The notes beneath the pieces are model-generated. The model was not told the DNA's origin and did no database searches. It saw only the letters and a program-made list of their open reading frames with translations. A DNA stretch of 64,000 nucleotides from Marsupella aquatica (taxonomy: Eukaryota; Plantae; Marchantiophyta), in the NCBI GenBank assembly GCA_973895155.1, contig OZ316897.1, positions 5,225,976 to 5,289,975 of the forward strand, written 5' to 3'. Positions 61,804-64,000 of the stretch are shown here, one piece after another (the stretch's first letter is position 1; each line of letters starts with the position of its first letter). Position numbers and translations under genes: made by a program.

Positions 61804-64000
61804 TGTCACGCCATCGGCCTAGTCCTTAGGTCGATCTACGTCTAAGACGGACACTTCCTTTGTTAGTATTCGGGTTCAGGCAAGGAGGGACGTGCGGAGT
61901 GTGTATAATTCTCCCAGACTAGCTAAGTGTGCATACATTTACTTACAAGCATGCTTAGGTATGCTTTGTGTTCCGCCGCCAAAACGTACCTTAGTCAACA
62001 CGGGGTCGACCCCGGCTTACGGACTTTAAGCCTTTGTGTTACCGCCTTCAATCTGGATCCATTAGTACAAGTGCTCAACCCTGGCTTGCAACCCCGTACC
62101 CGTAACCTGCACCCCGTGCACGCTTGGCATAACGTGTTCGGCCCAACATTGCATGATACTTGCACACGAGACTCATACATGCATTCATACATAAACATAA
62201 ATCTCGATTTACATGAAGGAATTGAGGGGAAGGGATTTCATTCATATATGATCATACACTTACAATTGGGTGACCCGACACCTCGTGAATGAACGGGCCC
62301 AAGGCCAAGGAGTATACACTACAAGCTTAGTCGTATACCCTCCCCTTGGCACTCCGGCACTTCACCAAGTTTGGGACCTCCTGCGCCTACCGCGAATGGC
62401 CAACTTCTGAGTCTAAAATCCCCCCCGCGTGCCTCTACCGGGGGGCTGCTAAATACTAAGGGCTGAGGACCAGCGTGGCCTCGTGCCCAAATCTACGTTA
62501 ACTTATATCCTTGCTAAGCTGGTTATGGCTTGTCCTATTAGTCTAACCTATTCTACACAGGCTGGCTAATGTGTCAACGCCGCTATCTTCTGGCCGGCAC
62601 TTGTCCTAATAGCATGTTTTAGCTACTCCTAGTTCTATTCTAATCCTAATCCTCTGCTAATGCCTGGTACGCTTGCCAGAGCCATCCGAGTGGGAGCGGC
62701 CATCCCGCTGCCTACAGAGTCTGTCGTTGTCCATCTTGAGGAGCTGGACTTGGTCTAGCAGAGATTCGTTCTCTCGCTTCGCCGCGTCCGTCTCCTCAGC
62801 TGCCTCATGGCATGCCTCTTCCAGTTGCTGGACGTCACTCGTCAGCTTGTCCACCATCTGGGTCTGCTTCTCGGCTTCGGTTTGAAGCCGTGCTACTTTG
62901 GCCTTTAGAGCGGCAATCTCCGTAGTGTCATGCTGGGCCTACTCATCGGCCTCCTCTAGGTCTTCTACCAGCTGATAGTTTGATTCTTCAAACTGTCAAT
63001 CTGGATCCAGAGCCGAGCAATCTCGGCCTCCTTCCCAGCTTTGGCCTGTTTGGCTAAGGCGGTAAGGGCGCGCGCATTTGCTAACAACCATCGGCGGCTG
63101 CAACCTTGGTTCGTAGTTGCAGAAGCTCAGCCTCTTGAGTCTCAATTTTGCCTTTTAGGTACACGGACTCAACCCGGTACCGCTCTATCCTCTGAAGGGC
63201 CTCCGACTGGGCCTGGCCCGCCTTTACTGCAGTAACCAACTCCTGGTTGAAGAAGTAGGCTACCTTTCGGGCCATGAACTCCTCGGTATCCCGGGCAATC
63301 TGTTGGGAGAAATCTCCCAACAGCCCGTTCAGAAATGTACTCGGTACAAAGAGTTTTGGGTGGTCTGGAGTTGGGCATGGGCAGACGTCAACTCGCGCGG
63401 GAGCTAGGGTAGTGACATCCATCCTTGGGAATGTAGTGTTGGAAGGGGTTGGAGCGTCCTCCTCCATCATCGTGTTGTCTTCTAGAATAGCAATCGTGGA
63501 TCTTCTAGACCCTCGGGCTCAGGCAAGGCCTCCACCGCCCCGACTTCTGCGCTCGGCCCGGCCTGGTTGATCGCATCTAAGGTTGCGATCACTGCCTCGT
63601 CTGGTACCTCTTCGGCCACGGTTATGGCTACTTGTGAAGGTGGGCCGCCGAACTTTGGGCCTTGGGTTGAGGCCGTCTCTCCAAGGCCGGGAAGACCCAC
63701 CTAGTCGGGACCAACTTAGTTTTGTTGGCTCGGGGAAGGGTTCGTCGATCAAACCGGGCGTACCACTCGAGAATGATCTCGATGTGGCTTGCAAAATATG
63801 CCTTCCTGCCAATGTACAGTGCCTTCCTCCGTGATTCCATCTCTTCATGGAACTTCTTAGCAAAGTACGATGCCCATTTCCTAGGCTGATAGTTCTTGAC
63901 CTGGATAACCTGGGCAGCGGAGATCTCGCCCCGGGGTTCCATCATGTGGAGGGCGTACCTTTGGAACTCCAGCCGCTCGGCTATCTTAGGGATGAGGCAG
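61804..64000 (-). mobile_element. LTR G (F-related) with ORF remnant; runs off the window
   Basis: TGTCACGCC terminus. ORF LHMMEPRGEISAAQVIQV...WASYFAKKF...SHIEIILEWY is homologous to ORF 23919..24440. Confidence 0.75.

Overview
TE-dense, nested heterochromatic DNA from a land plant, probably a non-seed plant (inferred from TTTAGGG tracts, GT-AG introns and the element types). No intact host housekeeping gene is evident. (1) A ~31.7-kb Mutator-like DNA transposon (27088-58749; TIRs, 9-bp TSD TAAGTCTGG; ~18.5 kb without nested inserts). It carries a GCM-like/DDE/SWIM transposase, a Ulp1 protease, a multi-exon ParB-like + N4/N6-methyltransferase-like gene and two F-box genes. It is also covered by several unrelated tandem arrays that all repeat one dyad motif, ATCTC(A/G)G-N9-C(C/T)GA(G/C)AT. 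(2) Several very large Ty3/gypsy LTRs (TG...CA, 5-bp TSDs) that contain a long ORF (~1200 codons in the best-preserved copy) inside the LTR and share a small hairpin. (3) Gypsy gag-protease and integrase remnants, two truncated LINEs, a non-autonomous CACTA element, three Mutator-type MITEs and a DUF7869/Sola-like transposase remnant. Most ORFs have premature stops, many consistent with C>T decay. Domain calls come from reading motifs by eye; no database search was run.
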